From a virus: 64,000 nucleotides of DNA. Position numbers and translations under genes: made by a program. Shown piece by piece: positions 1 through 11,815 of the stretch. The notes beneath the pieces were generated by a model. The model was not told where the DNA came from. It saw nothing but the letters and a program-made list of their open reading frames with translations, and did no database searches. Each line of letters starts with the position of its first letter. Position 1 is the stretch's first letter. The DNA is taken from positions 1 through 64,000 of IMG/VR virus record IMGVR_UViG_3300025806_000014. One strand, written 5' to 3'.

Positions 1-3000
1 GCTCCTTGAGTTCCTACAGCTCCTTGTTTACCTACTTCTCCTGTTGCACCCTGTAAACCAATTGCACCTTGATTACCTGCAGCACCTTGATTACCTACAG
101 CACCTTGATTACCAATTGCACCAGTTGCTCCTTGTAAACCTACAGCACCTTGATTACCAGTTTTACCTTGTTCACCAGCTGCACCTTGAGTTCCAGCTGC
201 ACCTTGATTACCTGCAGCTCCTTGATTACCAATTGCACCAGTTGCTCCTTGTAAACCAACGGCTCCTTGATTACCTCTTGCACCTTGATTACCTATGGCT
301 CCTTGTTTACCGACTTCTCCAGTTGCACCTTGCAATCCAATTGCACCTTGATTACCAATTGCACCTTGTTCACCTACTGCTCCTTGATTACCTGCTGCTC
401 CTTGGCCTCCAGTTTTACCTTGTTGACCTGTTGCTCCTTGATTACCTATGGCTCCTTGTTTACCAACTTCACCAGTTGCTCCTTGTAAACCGATTGCTCC
501 TTGTTGACCAACGGCTCCTTGATTACCTACAGCACCTTGATTACCTAAAGCACCAATCTTACCTTGTGTACCTGTAGCTCCTTGTAAACCTACAGCACCT
601 TGTTCGCCTACTGCACCTTGATTACCTGCTGCACCTTGAGTTCCAACTGCACCTTGATTACCTATGGCTCCTTGTTTACCAACTTCTCCTCTATCACCAG
701 TTGCTCCTTGTAAACCAATTGCTCCTTGTGTACCTGTAGCTCCTTGTAAACCTATAGCACCTTGTTCACCTGCTGCTCCTTGATTACCTGCAGCACCTTG
801 ATTACCTATAGCTCCTTGTTTACCGACTTCTCCAGTTGCGCCTTGCAATCCAATTGCACCTTGATTACCTGCTACACCTTGTGTACCTGTAGCTCCTTGT
901 AAACCAGCAGCTCCTCTTAATCCCGTTGCTCCTTGATTACCTATAGCTCCTTGTTTACCAACTTCACCTGTTGCACCTTGTAAACCGACAGCACCTTGAT
1001 TACCTATTGCACCAGTTGCTCCTTGTTCACCAATTGCTCCTTGATTACCTAGTGCACCAATCTTACCTTGTGTTCCTGTTGCTCCTTGAGTTCCAACCGC
1101 TCCTTGTTTACCAACTTCTCCTGTTGCACCTTGTAAACCGATTGATCCTTGATTACCTACAGCACCTTGATTACCAATTGCACCTTGATTACCTATAGCA
1201 CCAGTAGATCCTTGTAAACCTACAGCACCTTGTTCACCTATAGCTCCTTGTTTACCTACTGCACCAATTTCTCCTGTTGCACCTTGTAAACCGATTGATC
1301 CTTGATTACCTATTGCACCTTGATTACCTGCTGCACCTTGGCCTCCAGTTTTACCTTGTTGACCTGTTGCTCCTTGAGTTCCAACTGCACCTTGTTTACC
1401 AACTTCTCCTGTTGCACCTTGTAATCCAATTGCACCTTGATTACCAATTGCTCCTTGATTACCTACAGCACCTTGTTCACCTGCTGCACCTTGTGTACCA
1501 GTAGAACCAGTAAATCCTCTATCACCTTGTGATCCAGTAGAACCTTGTAAACCTACAGCACCTTGGCCTCCAGTTTTACCTTGTTGGCCTGTTGCTCCTT
1601 GAGTTCCAACTGCACCTTGTTTACCAACTTCACCAGTTGCACCTTGTAAACCAATTGCTCCTTGATTACCTATTGCACCTTGATTACCTACAGCACCTTG
1701 ATTACCTAATGCACCAATCTTACCTTGTGTACCTGTTGCTCCTTGTTCACCTGCAGAACCTTGTTTACCAACTTCACCAGTTGCTCCTTGTAAACCGATT
1801 GCACCTTGATTACCAATTGCACCTTGATTACCTACAGCACCTTGTTCACCTACAGCACCTTGTTCACCTGCTGCACCTTGTTCACCTACAGCACCAGTTG
1901 CTCCTTGTAAACCTACTGCTCCTTGGCCTCCAGTTTTACCTTGTTGACCTGTTGCTCCTTGAGTTCCTACAGCTCCTTGTTTGCCTACTTCTCCTGTTGC
2001 ACCTTGTAAACCGATTGATCCTTGATTACCAATTGCACCTTGATTACCTACAGCACCTTGTTCACCTGCTGCACCTTGTTCACCTGCTGCACCTTGTTCA
2101 CCTACAGCACCAGTTGCTCCTTGTAAACCTACAGCACCTTGGCCTCCAGTTTTACCTTGTGTACCAGTTGCTCCTTGTTCACCTGCAGAACCTTGTTTAC
2201 CAACTTCTCCTGTTGCACCTTGCAATCCAATTGCACCTTGATTACCAATTGCACCTTGATTACCAACGGCACCTTGATTACCATCGGCACCAATCTTACC
2301 TTGTGTTCCTGTTGCTCCTTGTTCACCTATAGCTCCTTGTTTACCTACTGCACCAATTTCTCCTGTTGCACCTTGTAATCCAATTGCACCTTGATTACCT
2401 GTAGCTCCTTGTAAACCTATAGCACCTTGGCCTCCAGTTTTACCTTGTGTACCAGTTGCTCCTTGTTCACCTATAGCTCCTTGTTTACCTACTGCACCAA
2501 TTTCTCCTGTTGCACCTTGTAATCCAATTGCACCTTGATTACCTATTGCACCTTGTTCTCCTGCTGCACCTTGGCCTCCAGTTTTACCTTGTTGACCTGT
2601 TGCTCCTTGAGTTCCAACTGCACCTTGTTTACCAACTTCACCAGTTGCACCTTGTAAACCGATTGCTCCTTGGTTACCTGTAGCACCTTGTGTACCTGTA
2701 GCTCCTTGTAAACCAGCAGCTCCTCTTAATCCCGTTGCACCTTGTTTACCTACAGCACCAGTAGATCCTTGTAAACCAATTGCTCCTTGATTACCTATTG
2801 CACCTTGATTACCAATTGCACCAGTTGCTCCTTGTTCACCAATTGCTCCTTGATTACCTAATGCACCAATCTTACCTTGTGTACCTGTTGCTCCTTGTTC
2901 ACCTGCAGAACCTTGTTTACCAACTTCACCAGTTGCTCCTTGTAAACCGATTGCACCTTGATTACCTTGTGCTCCTTGATTACCTACAGCACCTTGTTCA

Positions 3001-6000
3001 CCTGCTGCACCTTGTGTACCAGTAGAACCAGTAAATCCTCTATCACCTTGTGATCCAGTAGAACCCTGTAATCCAATTGCACCTTGATTACCTACAGCAC
3101 CTTGATTACCTGCAGCTCCTTGTGTTCCTGTTTTACCAACTTCACCAGTTGCTCCTTGTAAACCGATTGCACCTTGATTACCAACGGCTCCTTGATTACC
3201 AATTGCACCTTGATTACCTACAGCACCAATCTTACCTTGTGTTCCTGTTGCTCCTTGTTCACCTGCAGAACCTTGTTTGCCTACTTCTCCTGTTGCACCT
3301 TGTAAACCGATTGCTCCTTGATTACCTATTGCACCAGTTGCTCCTTGATTACCTACAGCACCATCTTCACCTTGCGTTCCTGTTGCTCCTTGAGTTCCAG
3401 TTACACCTTTATCTCCAGTTGCTCCTTGTAATCCTATAGCACCTTGGTTACCTATTGCACCAGTAGAACCTTGTAAACCGACAGCACCTTGATTACCTAC
3501 AGCACCTTGGTTACCGTCAGCACCAATCTTACCTTGTGTTCCTGTTGCTCCTTGAGTTCCAACTGATCCTTGTTTGCCAACTTCACCAGTAGCTCCTTGT
3601 AAACCGATAGCACCTTGATTACCTACAGCACCTTGTGTTCCTGTTTTTCCAACTTCTCCTGTTGCACCTTGTAAACCGATTGCTCCTTGTTCACCTGCTG
3701 CACCTTGTGATCCAGTAGAACCCTGTAATCCAATTGCACCTTGATTACCTATTGCTCCTTGTTCACCTGCAGCTCCTTGTTTACCTACTGCACCAATTTC
3801 TCCTGTTGCACCTTGTAAACCGATTGATCCTTGATTACCTATTGCACCTTGGTTACCTATTGCACCTTGGTTACCATCAGCACCAATCTTACCTTGTGTA
3901 CCAGTTGCTCCCTGAGTTCCAACTGCTCCTTGTTTACCAACTTCACCAGTTGCTCCTTGTAAACCTACAGCACCTTGATTACCTATAGCACCTTGTTCGC
4001 CTGCTGCACCTTGTTCACCTGCTGCACCTTGTGTACCAGTAGAACCAGTAAATCCTCTATCACCTTGTGATCCAGTAGAACCTTGTAAACCAACGGCTCC
4101 TTGATTACCTATTGCTCCTTGTTCACCTGCAGCTCCTTGTTTACCTACTGCACCAATTTCTCCTGTTGCACCTTGTAAACCGATTGCACCTTGATTACCT
4201 ATTGCACCTTGGTTACCTATTGCACCTTGGTTACCATCAGCACCAATCTTACCTTGTGTACCAGTTGCTCCTTGTTCACCTGCAGAACCTTGTTTGCCTA
4301 CTTCTCCAGTTGCTCCTTGTAAACCGATTGCACCTTGGTTACCATCAGCACCTTGATTACCAATTGCACCTTGGTTACCATCAGCACCAATCTTACCTTG
4401 TGTACCAGTTGATCCTTGTAAACCTATAGCTCCTTGTTCACCATCAGCACCTTGTGATCCGCTTGCACCCTGTAATCCAATTGCACCTTGTGTTCCTGTT
4501 TTTCCAACTTCTCCTGTTGCACCTTGTAAACCTATAGCACCTTGTTTACCTATTGCACCAGTTGCTCCTTGATTACCAATTACACCACCTTCTCCAGTTG
4601 CTCCTTGTAAACCGATTGCACCTTGGTTACCATCTGCACCTTGTGTTCCTGTTTTACCAACTTCTCCTGTTGCACCTTGTAAACCTATAGCTCCTTGTTC
4701 GCCGTCAGCACCCTGAGATCCAGTAGAACCAGTAAATCCTCTATCACCTTGTGATCCAGTAGAACCTTGTAATCCAATTGCACCTTGTGTTCCTGTTTTT
4801 CCAACTTCTCCTGTTGCTCCTTGTAAACCGATTGCTCCTTGTTTACCAATATCTCCAGTTGCTCCTTGGTTACCAATTACACCGCCTTCTCCAGTTGCTC
4901 CTTGTAAACCGATTGCACCTTGGTTACCATCAGCACCTTGTGATCCAGTAGAACCTTGTAATCCAATTGCACCAATCTTACCTTGTGTACCAGTTGATCC
5001 TTGTAAACCTATAGCTCCTTGTTCACCATCAGCACCTTGTGATCCAGTAGAACCTTGTAATCCAATTGCACCTTGTGTTCCTGTTTTTCCAACTTCTCCT
5101 GTTGCACCTTGTAATCCAATTGCACCTTGTTTACCTATTGCTCCAGTTGCTCCTTGGTTACCAATTACACCACCTTCTCCAGTTGCACCCTGTAAACCAA
5201 TTGCACCTTGATTACCAATTGCTCCTTGATTACCTATTGCACCTTGGTTACCATCAGCACCAATCTTACCTTGTGTTCCTGTTGCTCCTTGTTCACCTAT
5301 AGCACCACCTTCTCCTGTTGCACCTTGTAATCCAATTGCTCCTTGGTTACCATCTGCACCTTGTGTTCCTGTTTTTCCAACTTCTCCTGTTGCACCTTGT
5401 AAACCGATTGCTCCTTGTTTACCAATATCTCCAGTTGCTCCTTGGTTACCTATTGCACCACCTTCTCCAGTAGCACCTTGTAAACCTATAGATCCTTGTG
5501 ATCCGCTTGCACCTTGGCCTCCAGTTTTACCTGCTTCTCCCGTTGCACCTTGTAAACCGATTGCTCCTTGTTTACCAATATCTCCCGTTGCTCCTTGGTT
5601 ACCAATTGCACCACCTTCTCCAGTTGCTCCTTGTAAACCTATAGCTCCTTGTTCACCATCAGCTCCTTGTGATCCACTTGCACCTTGTAAACCAATTGCT
5701 CCTTGTTTACCAATATCTCCAGTTGCTCCTTGTGTACCTATTGCACCACCTTCTCCAGTTGCTCCTTGTAAACCTATAGCTCCTTGGGTACCTGCAGCAC
5801 CCTGAGATCCAGTTGATCCGATTGCGCCACCTTCACCCTGTTCTCCTGTTGCTCCTTGAGTTCCAACCAGTCCTTTATCACCAGTTGCTCCTTGTAATCC
5901 TGTTTTACCAACTTCTCCTGTTGCACCTTGTAAACCTATAGCTCCTTGGGTACCTGCAGCCCCTTGTGATCCGCTTGCTCCTTGTAAACCAACTTCACCT

Positions 6001-6962
6001 TGTTTACCTGAAGCTCCTTGTGATCCAGTAGAACCAATTGTACCTCCTTCTCCAGTTGCTCCTTGTAAACCTATAGCTCCTTGTGTACCTGCAGCTCCTT
6101 GTGTTCCAGTAGAACCAATTGTACCACCTTCTCCTTGTGTTCCTGTTGCTCCTTGGGTTCCAGTTACACCTTTATCTCCAGTTGCTCCTTGTAAACCAAT
6201 TTCACCGGCTTCTCCTGTAGCACCTTGTAAACCAATTGCTCCTTGTGATCCAGTAGAACCTATTGCTCCGCCTTCACCAGTTGCTCCTTGTAAACCTATA
6301 GCACCTTGTTTACCAATATCCCCAGTTGCTCCTTGGTTACCAATTACACCACCTTCACCAGTTGCTCCTTGTAATCCAATTGCTCCTTGTTCACCTGCAG
6401 CTCCTTGTGACCCAGTAGAACCAATTGTACCACCTTCTCCAGTAGCACCTTGTAATCCAATTGCTCCTTGTTCACCTGCAGCTCCTTGTGTTCCTGTTTT
6501 ACCTACTTCTCCTGTTGCTCCTTGTAATCCAATTGCTCCTTGTTCACCTGCAGCTCCTTGTGACCCAGTAGAACCAATTGTACCACCTTCCCCAGTAGCA
6601 CCTTGTAAACCTGCAGCTCCTTGTGATCCAGTAGAACCTATTGCACCGCCTTCTCCAGTAGCACCTTGTAAACCTACAGCTCCTTGTTCACCCGCAGCCC
6701 CCTGTGATCCAGTAGAACCTATTGCACCACCTTCTCCAGTAGCACCTTGTAAACCTACAGCTCCTTGTTCACCTGCAGCTCCTTGTGATCCAGTAGAACC
6801 AATTGTACCTCCTTCTCCTGTTGCTCCTTGTAAACCTATAGATCCTTGTGATCCAGTAGAACCAATTGTACCGCCTTCACCAGTTGCTCCTTGTAATCCA
6901 ATTGCACCTTGTGATCCGCTTGCACCCTGAGCACCAGTAGCACCAGCAGAACCAGCACCACC
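1..6962 (-). repeat. Collagen 9-bp/18-bp tandem repeat with higher-order blocks
   Basis: Recurring plus-strand units such as gcaccttgattacc and gctccttgtaaacc, encoding [18 protein letters not shown], etc. Confidence 0.97.
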
Positions 6963-7592
6963 ACCGCCACCGGTTGTACCTACATATCTAAATCCTGTTA
7001 CATATAATTCAAATCCTCCACTATAATTACCGCCGGCATTTGATGATATTGCACTTACTAAATCATTTGCTAGGAATAAAACTCCCATATCATAATTCCA
7101 TACCCAACCGACATAACCTGGATTATTATCTTGTTCAGCAGAAGTAAATATTTGATTGAATGTTCCAGCTGCACCATTTGGATCACCACTCCATAATATA
7201 ATACCATAACCACCTGATCCTGCACCAGATGCTTGTGGGACTGACGGTGGAGCAATCCAATTTTGTTTAACACCGGAAGATGGTGTATCTAAAGTATTAT
7301 AAGCTATCCATGTATTATCAGCTCCACTTGTAACTCTACTTAATCGCACTGCACTTGTTGCAGCAGAAAGATTCTCTATATTAGTAGGATCGGCAGCCGC
7401 ATTAGCTACAGCATCAGATAAAACATTTGCAGTAGGAATTAAATTATAATTTGTTAATATTCTAGAAGGTAAGACCTTAGGACTAAAGGCTAGTCTAGCT
7501 TCATACCATCTTGATCCTGAGTCAGCATCAATAACACCACCTGCCTGTACCTTAAAGGTTAACTTATTTACTTCTGTAGTACTAAATCCCAT
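3..7592 (-). CDS. Giant collagen-like fibre protein (>2530 aa, 3' end beyond the window); ~210-aa globular N-domain followed by ~773 Gly-X-Y triplets
   Basis: ATG at 7592-7590 ([31 protein letters not shown]...), translated by hand without a stop into the repeat. Gly codons stay at positions 3 mod 9 at 3, 3000, 4800, 6906 and 6960. Absent from the ORF track, presumably because its stop lies outside the window. Confidence 0.93.
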   Translation of the reverse strand, partial: MGFSTTEVNKLTFKVQAGGVIDADSGSRWYEARLAFSPKVLPSRILTNYNLIPTANVLSDAVANAAADPTNIENLSAATSAVRLSRVTSGADNTWIAYNTLDTPSSGVKQNWIAPPSVPQASGAGSGGYGIILWSGDPNGAAGTFNQIFTSAEQDNNPGYVGWVWNYDMGVLFLANDLVSAISSNAGGNYSGGFELYVTGFRYVGTTGGGGGAGSAGATGAQGASGSQGAIGLQGATGEGGTIGSTGSQGSIGLQGATGEGGTIGSTGSQGAAGEQGAVGLQGATGEGGAIGSTGSQGAAGEQGAVGLQGATGEGGAIGSTGSQGAAGLQGATGEGGTIGSTGSQGAAGEQGAIGLQGATGEVGKTGTQGAAGEQGAIGLQGATGEGGTIGSTGSQGAAGEQGAIGLQGATGEGGVIGNQGATGDIGKQGAIGLQGATGEGGAIGSTGSQGAIGLQGATGEAGEIGLQGATGDKGVTGTQGATGTQGEGGTIGSTGTQGAAGTQGAIGLQGATGEGGTIGSTGSQGASGKQGEVGLQGASGSQGAAGTQGAIGLQGATGEVGKTGLQGATGDKGLVGTQGATGEQGEGGAIGSTGSQGAAGTQGAIGLQGATGEGGAIGTQGATGDIGKQGAIGLQGASGSQGADGEQGAIGLQGATGEGGAIGNQGATGDIGKQGAIGLQGATGEAGKTGGQGASGSQGSIGLQGATGEGGAIGNQGATGDIGKQGAIGLQGATGEVGKTGTQGADGNQGAIGLQGATGEGGAIGEQGATGTQGKIGADGNQGAIGNQGAIGNQGAIGLQGATGEGGVIGNQGATGAIGKQGAIGLQGATGEVGKTGTQGAIGLQGSTGSQGADGEQGAIGLQGSTGTQGKIGAIGLQGSTGSQGADGNQGAIGLQGATGEGGVIGNQGATGDIGKQGAIGLQGATGEVGKTGTQGAIGLQGSTGSQGDRGFTGSTGSQGADGEQGAIGLQGATGEVGKTGTQGADGNQGAIGLQGATGEGGVIGNQGATGAIGKQGAIGLQGATGEVGKTGTQGAIGLQGASGSQGADGEQGAIGLQGSTGTQGKIGADGNQGAIGNQGADGNQGAIGLQGATGEVGKQGSAGEQGATGTQGKIGADGNQGAIGNQGAIGNQGAIGLQGATGEIGAVGKQGAAGEQGAIGNQGAVGLQGSTGSQGDRGFTGSTGTQGAAGEQGAAGEQGAIGNQGAVGLQGATGEVGKQGAVGTQGATGTQGKIGADGNQGAIGNQGAIGNQGSIGLQGATGEIGAVGKQGAAGEQGAIGNQGAIGLQGSTGSQGAAGEQGAIGLQGATGEVGKTGTQGAVGNQGAIGLQGATGEVGKQGSVGTQGATGTQGKIGADGNQGAVGNQGAVGLQGSTGAIGNQGAIGLQGATGDKGVTGTQGATGTQGEDGAVGNQGATGAIGNQGAIGLQGATGEVGKQGSAGEQGATGTQGKIGAVGNQGAIGNQGAVGNQGAIGLQGATGEVGKTGTQGAAGNQGAVGNQGAIGLQGSTGSQGDRGFTGSTGTQGAAGEQGAVGNQGAQGNQGAIGLQGATGEVGKQGSAGEQGATGTQGKIGALGNQGAIGEQGATGAIGNQGAIGNQGAIGLQGSTGAVGKQGATGLRGAAGLQGATGTQGATGNQGAIGLQGATGEVGKQGAVGTQGATGQQGKTGGQGAAGEQGAIGNQGAIGLQGATGEIGAVGKQGAIGEQGATGTQGKTGGQGAIGLQGATGNQGAIGLQGATGEIGAVGKQGAIGEQGATGTQGKIGADGNQGAVGNQGAIGNQGAIGLQGATGEVGKQGSAGEQGATGTQGKTGGQGAVGLQGATGAVGEQGAAGEQGAAGEQGAVGNQGAIGNQGSIGLQGATGEVGKQGAVGTQGATGQQGKTGGQGAVGLQGATGAVGEQGAAGEQGAVGEQGAVGNQGAIGNQGAIGLQGATGEVGKQGSAGEQGATGTQGKIGALGNQGAVGNQGAIGNQGAIGLQGATGEVGKQGAVGTQGATGQQGKTGGQGAVGLQGSTGSQGDRGFTGSTGTQGAAGEQGAVGNQGAIGNQGAIGLQGATGEVGKQGAVGTQGATGQQGKTGGQGAAGNQGAIGNQGSIGLQGATGEIGAVGKQGAIGEQGAVGLQGSTGAIGNQGAIGNQGAVGNQGSIGLQGATGEVGKQGAVGTQGATGTQGKIGALGNQGAIGEQGATGAIGNQGAVGLQGATGEVGKQGAIGNQGATGLRGAAGLQGATGTQGVAGNQGAIGLQGATGEVGKQGAIGNQGAAGNQGAAGEQGAIGLQGATGTQGAIGLQGATGDRGEVGKQGAIGNQGAVGTQGAAGNQGAVGEQGAVGLQGATGTQGKIGALGNQGAVGNQGAVGQQGAIGLQGATGEVGKQGAIGNQGATGQQGKTGGQGAAGNQGAVGEQGAIGNQGAIGLQGATGEVGKQGAIGNQGARGNQGAVGLQGATGAIGNQGAAGNQGAAGTQGAAGEQGKTGNQGAVGLQGATGAIGNQGAVGNQGAAGNQGAIGLQGATGEVGKQGAVGTQG

Positions 7593-7621
7593 TTGTCTTT
7601 ATTCTCTTTTTATATTTATTC

Positions 7622-10255
7622 TTAACCTTGAACAACAGTTCCGTTAGCATAAATTAATTTTATAATTATTTGGTTAATACGAACCGCTGCATTAACAATT
7701 TGTAATTCCATATAAAAACCTTCCGTTGCGTTAAATCCTCCAAATGTACCGGAGATTGTATTATTTGGACCAGATACAGTTGTTCTACATGCAGCTGAAG
7801 CTGTATCAACACCACTAGGTGGATCCAATATTGTAGTAAAAGGTGCCGAACCATGTAATGATAAAGGAACTGCACTATAACCAGTATTTCCACCACCACC
7901 TGATTGATTTTCTTTTCTTATGTAAATCTTAATATTTTCATTAACTAAATCTTCATATGCAGATGCACCAACAAAATCACCATTAAATTCAAATTCAAAA
8001 GATGCAATAGGATCTGTTAAACTTCCTGTTGTATGAAATAACCTATGATAAGTAGAAGTTACTTGATACCCTGCACCACTATAGTCAGGATTAGTTCCTG
8101 ATTTATCTGGTTTATATGAAGCTAATGAACCAGTTAATTGACCATAAGATGGACTATCACCGTTATCTTTAAAGAATTTATGTGGTTGAACAACATTACT
8201 TCCTACTGTACATGCTTGGCAGAATGGAGAAGAAGAACCTGTTTGGTTTGCTAATCCTGTTGCAGTTAATGTTGCCGCTGGATTAAATGCTGAATAACTA
8301 CCTGTTCTTTCTAATCTATATTGCTCATCATCAAACCTTTCTCTTAAAGTATTTGAATTCCCTGTTGTAGAATAAGTATCAACTAGAATGCTAGCTCCAG
8401 TAGAGTTTACTGTATTACCAACGTCCCATGGGTCATAAACATTAGCCTGCGCAAATGCATCAGTATTTCTAAATCTATAGTTAGTATTATTTATAGCCCA
8501 TGTATCATATATGAAAGCTACATTTTGCACATCAAATTGATTTGTCCATGCTGGCATACTACCATAAGCTAAATTCCATGCCTCTAATTGTCTAGTAGGT
8601 AAACCATAATCTTGTCCTTGTATTCTAAAATTCCAAACAGCAGCTGTACTTCGACCTTGAGTATTAGCATTAAAATTATCAATATCAGTAACATCTAATT
8701 CAAATTGTGAATTAAGTATATAATATTCTACTCCACTTAAATGTTTTGTTAATATACTAGTTGGTGTAGTAGATTCTATTATAGCTGTAGTACCATTAAT
8801 ATTTGGCGTAGATGGGTCTGTATCAAAAAATACATCGTTAGTTTCACCATTATAAGATGTTGATGAATTTCCGTTTGGTCCAAAATATGTGTATGTATTA
8901 CCACCATCAGTTGTAGTATCTGTTGTCATTTGAAAAGAAACATGATAACGCCCACCAGTAAAACCATTTGCAGCAAGAATAGTTCCAGCATCTACTGTGA
9001 TTGTAACACTAGCTTTAAATTTAGTTGGTAAATCGGCTCCGTAATTTGAAACTTGAAGTGTTATACCTGTACCGTTTGTAAATGTTTGATTTTGATATAA
9101 TGCATTAGTTGCAGAAGTATCTAAAGTACCACCCGTTAAAATATTAATACCATCTGCTTGATATACTCTAACTATAATTTTGGCATCACCTGTTGCATCT
9201 GCACTAAAACCTGTACATGGATTTAAAGTATTGTATATGATTCTTCCTGTTGTTACGGGAGTATCATATGTAGCTTTATTTGAACCTGCCCACGGAGTAT
9301 TGCCTCCACTACCAGTTTGGAACGGATTACCTTCAGCTGTTGGAGAACTAATTCTAGGAGAAGTAAAAGATTTATTTCCATCCACACTAGCATCATTAGT
9401 CCCATCTGTTGTATTAAAGTGAGATAAGAAAGTTGGCGTTGGTATATAAACATTTACTTGGCCAGGAGTTCCACTATCTTCTGCCAATACATCGGTACCA
9501 ACAAAGTTCATTGTGGTATATCCAGTTGCACCTACTTGTACACCTTCATCTTTTACTATAAGACTTCCACCACCTGCAGAAGAACCTGTTGCACCAGTTA
9601 ATCCTATAGAACCTTGAGCTCCACTAGCACCTATTTCACCAGCAGCACCTTGTGCACCACTTGCACCTATTTCACCAACACCCGTTGCTCCACTAGCACC
9701 TATTTCACCAGCAGAACCTTGAGCTCCACTAGCACCTATTTCACCAGCAGCACCTTGTGCACCACTTGCACCTATTTCACCAGCAGAACCTTGAGCTCCA
9801 GTTGCACCAACACCAGTTGCACCAATTCCACCAGCAGCACCCTGTGCACCACTTGCACCAATTCCACCTGCAGCACCTTGAGCACCAGTTGCACCAATTC
9901 CACCGGCTGCACCTTGAGCACCACTTGCACCTATTTCACCAGCAGCACCTTGAGCCCCAGTTGCACCTGGATTACCAGCACCACCGCTACCTACAAACTT
10001 CCAATTATTAATATTTGTATAACCTGCAACATTTAATAAAATATAAACGCCATTATTTGCAGGTGTAGAATCTTCTGCAACAGTTACAGTCATACCTACA
10101 TAAATATAAGTACCACCGTCATTGGCTTCCCATGTTGTAGCTAAAAGTAAATCAGCTTGAGTAGGTACAACAGCTCTTGCATCAAATGCACCAGCTACTT
10201 GCGGTTCAAAATTTGCCGATATTCCTAAAATTCCATTTGTTCTATTTCCTGCCAT
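7622..10255 (-). CDS. Collagen-containing virion fibre/adaptor protein (877 aa)
   Basis: N-terminal NFEPQ..DARAVV domain, about 44 Gly-X-Y triplets with two GV interruptions, and a Thr/Gly/Asn-rich beta-type C-terminal region. Confidence 0.75.
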   Translation of the reverse strand: MAGNRTNGILGISANFEPQVAGAFDARAVVPTQADLLLATTWEANDGGTYIYVGMTVTVAEDSTPANNGVYILLNVAGYTNINNWKFVGSGGAGNPGATGAQGAAGEIGASGAQGAAGGIGATGAQGAAGGIGASGAQGAAGGIGATGVGATGAQGSAGEIGASGAQGAAGEIGASGAQGSAGEIGASGATGVGEIGASGAQGAAGEIGASGAQGSIGLTGATGSSAGGGSLIVKDEGVQVGATGYTTMNFVGTDVLAEDSGTPGQVNVYIPTPTFLSHFNTTDGTNDASVDGNKSFTSPRISSPTAEGNPFQTGSGGNTPWAGSNKATYDTPVTTGRIIYNTLNPCTGFSADATGDAKIIVRVYQADGINILTGGTLDTSATNALYQNQTFTNGTGITLQVSNYGADLPTKFKASVTITVDAGTILAANGFTGGRYHVSFQMTTDTTTDGGNTYTYFGPNGNSSTSYNGETNDVFFDTDPSTPNINGTTAIIESTTPTSILTKHLSGVEYYILNSQFELDVTDIDNFNANTQGRSTAAVWNFRIQGQDYGLPTRQLEAWNLAYGSMPAWTNQFDVQNVAFIYDTWAINNTNYRFRNTDAFAQANVYDPWDVGNTVNSTGASILVDTYSTTGNSNTLRERFDDEQYRLERTGSYSAFNPAATLTATGLANQTGSSSPFCQACTVGSNVVQPHKFFKDNGDSPSYGQLTGSLASYKPDKSGTNPDYSGAGYQVTSTYHRLFHTTGSLTDPIASFEFEFNGDFVGASAYEDLVNENIKIYIRKENQSGGGGNTGYSAVPLSLHGSAPFTTILDPPSGVDTASAACRTTVSGPNNTISGTFGGFNATEGFYMELQIVNAAVRINQIIIKLIYANGTVVQG
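9580..9978 (-). repeat. 36-bp collagen repeat (GAQGAAGEIGAS)
   Basis: Visible in the translation and as near-identical 36-nt DNA units. Confidence 0.9.
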
Positions 10256-10264
10256 TTTATATTA

Positions 10265-11395
10265 TTATGTTGTAAATCTTAATTGTCTTGCACCTATAGT
10301 AGCACCATTGTGTGTATATCTTGTATAATTAACAGATAGGCCCTGTATAGTTTGTTGAACTGCTGACTGTGTAAATGTTGATAAATTAATAGTATCCCAT
10401 GTCTGACTTAATGTATTAAATTGTTGTAAACCTGTAATAGTTGACCATGCATTTGGAATATCTATTTTTTGTTTTGCGCCACCTCCACCAGATTCAGTAA
10501 CCATTGGTACTTGTACATAAGTAGTCATTAATTGTAAACTTTGCTTAGTCATAACACCTAAACTAAATGTGGTTGCAAAAGCAGGATATACTCCTGTTAT
10601 AGTTCTTGTAATTGCAGAAGTAGTTCCTGCCGGTAAAGGAGAATTAAAATTACCTCCTACACTATCTTTAGGTTGAACACCTGCATCGTATGAAACAGAC
10701 CCAGTCCAACTTTGAGAACCTTGTAATACTGTATATGCCGCAACAGTTTCAGAATCAGATAAACTTGTACTTGCATTATTTGATACACCAGTACCTGTAT
10801 AATTATAAGTATTAGGTAATCCACTTCTCTTGTTACTCGCGGATGTATATTGTGGATTAATTGATCCTTGATTAAATGTGGAACTAAAACTTAAAGCAGT
10901 AGTTTCATTTATCTCTCTAAATCCTGATTGTGACAATACGAAGGCAGAAGAAGGGTTAGTTAATGTTGGATTTAATGTTGGATATAACATCTTATTCATC
11001 ATTTCTTCAAATGTTTGATTTGTAAACGTCGACCCTGCTGCTATATTATCAAAGGGTGAATTTCCAGGGAATGGCTGTGGTGTTGGTGTTGCATTTGTAT
11101 ATGTACTACCTGCACCTGCACTATAAATTGGAATATTTAAAATTCCAGCATTTAATGTTGCTGCACCACTAGTTCCTGTTGTTGTTAAGCTAGTTACTAC
11201 ACCAGAACCACCGCCTTGTGCATTAACTGTAATAGTAGTTCCTGATGGAGTTACTACACTATTAAGAGTTATATTTGTACCTGCAACTAATGTTGGGTTG
11301 TATGTAGCATCAATTAAATCATACAATGTTGTTTGTGTGATTAAATCTCCTGATTCGAATAATAGCTTTAATTGAAACTTAGGTAATACAGCCAT
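10265..11395 (-). CDS. Putative virion fibre-associated structural protein (376 aa)
   Basis: Thr/Ser/Gly-rich and charge-poor; N-terminal LKLLFESGDLIT..LID resembles fibre attachment motifs; directly upstream of two collagen genes. Confidence 0.6.
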   Translation of the reverse strand: MAVLPKFQLKLLFESGDLITQTTLYDLIDATYNPTLVAGTNITLNSVVTPSGTTITVNAQGGGSGVVTSLTTTGTSGAATLNAGILNIPIYSAGAGSTYTNATPTPQPFPGNSPFDNIAAGSTFTNQTFEEMMNKMLYPTLNPTLTNPSSAFVLSQSGFREINETTALSFSSTFNQGSINPQYTSASNKRSGLPNTYNYTGTGVSNNASTSLSDSETVAAYTVLQGSQSWTGSVSYDAGVQPKDSVGGNFNSPLPAGTTSAITRTITGVYPAFATTFSLGVMTKQSLQLMTTYVQVPMVTESGGGGAKQKIDIPNAWSTITGLQQFNTLSQTWDTINLSTFTQSAVQQTIQGLSVNYTRYTHNGATIGARQLRFTT

Positions 11396-11422
11396 AGCAG
11401 TTAATAGTCTTTGTTTTATTTA

Positions 11423-11815
11423 TCAACCCTTCATGATATTTAAAAACTTGTCAAATGATACTAGGTGCTTTTTCTTCTTTTTCTTTTTCTTCTTTTTTAT
11501 AGGCTCCAATAAATCACCGCTTCCGGTTTGTTGGCTACTAAAAGAATTTGCAGAACCTGGATTTCCAGGAAGTGTAGCATTACCCATACTCTGAACATTC
11601 ATGTTCGGATTAAGGTTTACCGTACCGGACTCGTTTTCTCCTATCTTGTTAGGTATTTCTTTTTCGTCAGTTTTAACAAAATCTTCTAATGTTTTAACTG
11701 GCAATTTTGACAACTCTTTAACCTCATCTGAAACATCAGAGGATTTAAGTTCTCCTTTCTTATATTGTAATGCTAATGCAAAAAATCTTCTTTGCGCTTT
11801 TGATTGAGCTGGCAT
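11423..11815 (-). CDS. DUF3008-like small basic protein with a poly-Lys tract
   Basis: MPAQSKAQRRFFALALQYKKGE...LEDFVKT matches the DUF3008 pattern as I recall it; K10 run near the C-terminus. Confidence 0.65.
   Translation of the reverse strand: MPAQSKAQRRFFALALQYKKGELKSSDVSDEVKELSKLPVKTLEDFVKTDEKEIPNKIGENESGTVNLNPNMNVQSMGNATLPGNPGSANSFSSQQTGSGDLLEPIKKKKKKKKKKHLVSFDKFLNIMKG

Noticed and set aside
44-5302. Many plus-strand Leu/His/Gln-rich ORFs and short minus-strand ORFs in the repeat region
   Set aside because: They are shadow frames of the collagen repeat; the real frame is the continuous minus-strand Gly-X-Y ORF.
1-6962. Possible CRISPR array or non-coding satellite
   Set aside because: There is no constant repeat with unique spacers; variation is concentrated at synonymous codon positions, indicating protein coding.
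7070-7273. 67-aa minus-strand ORF
   Set aside because: It is out of frame within the N-terminal domain of the giant collagen gene.
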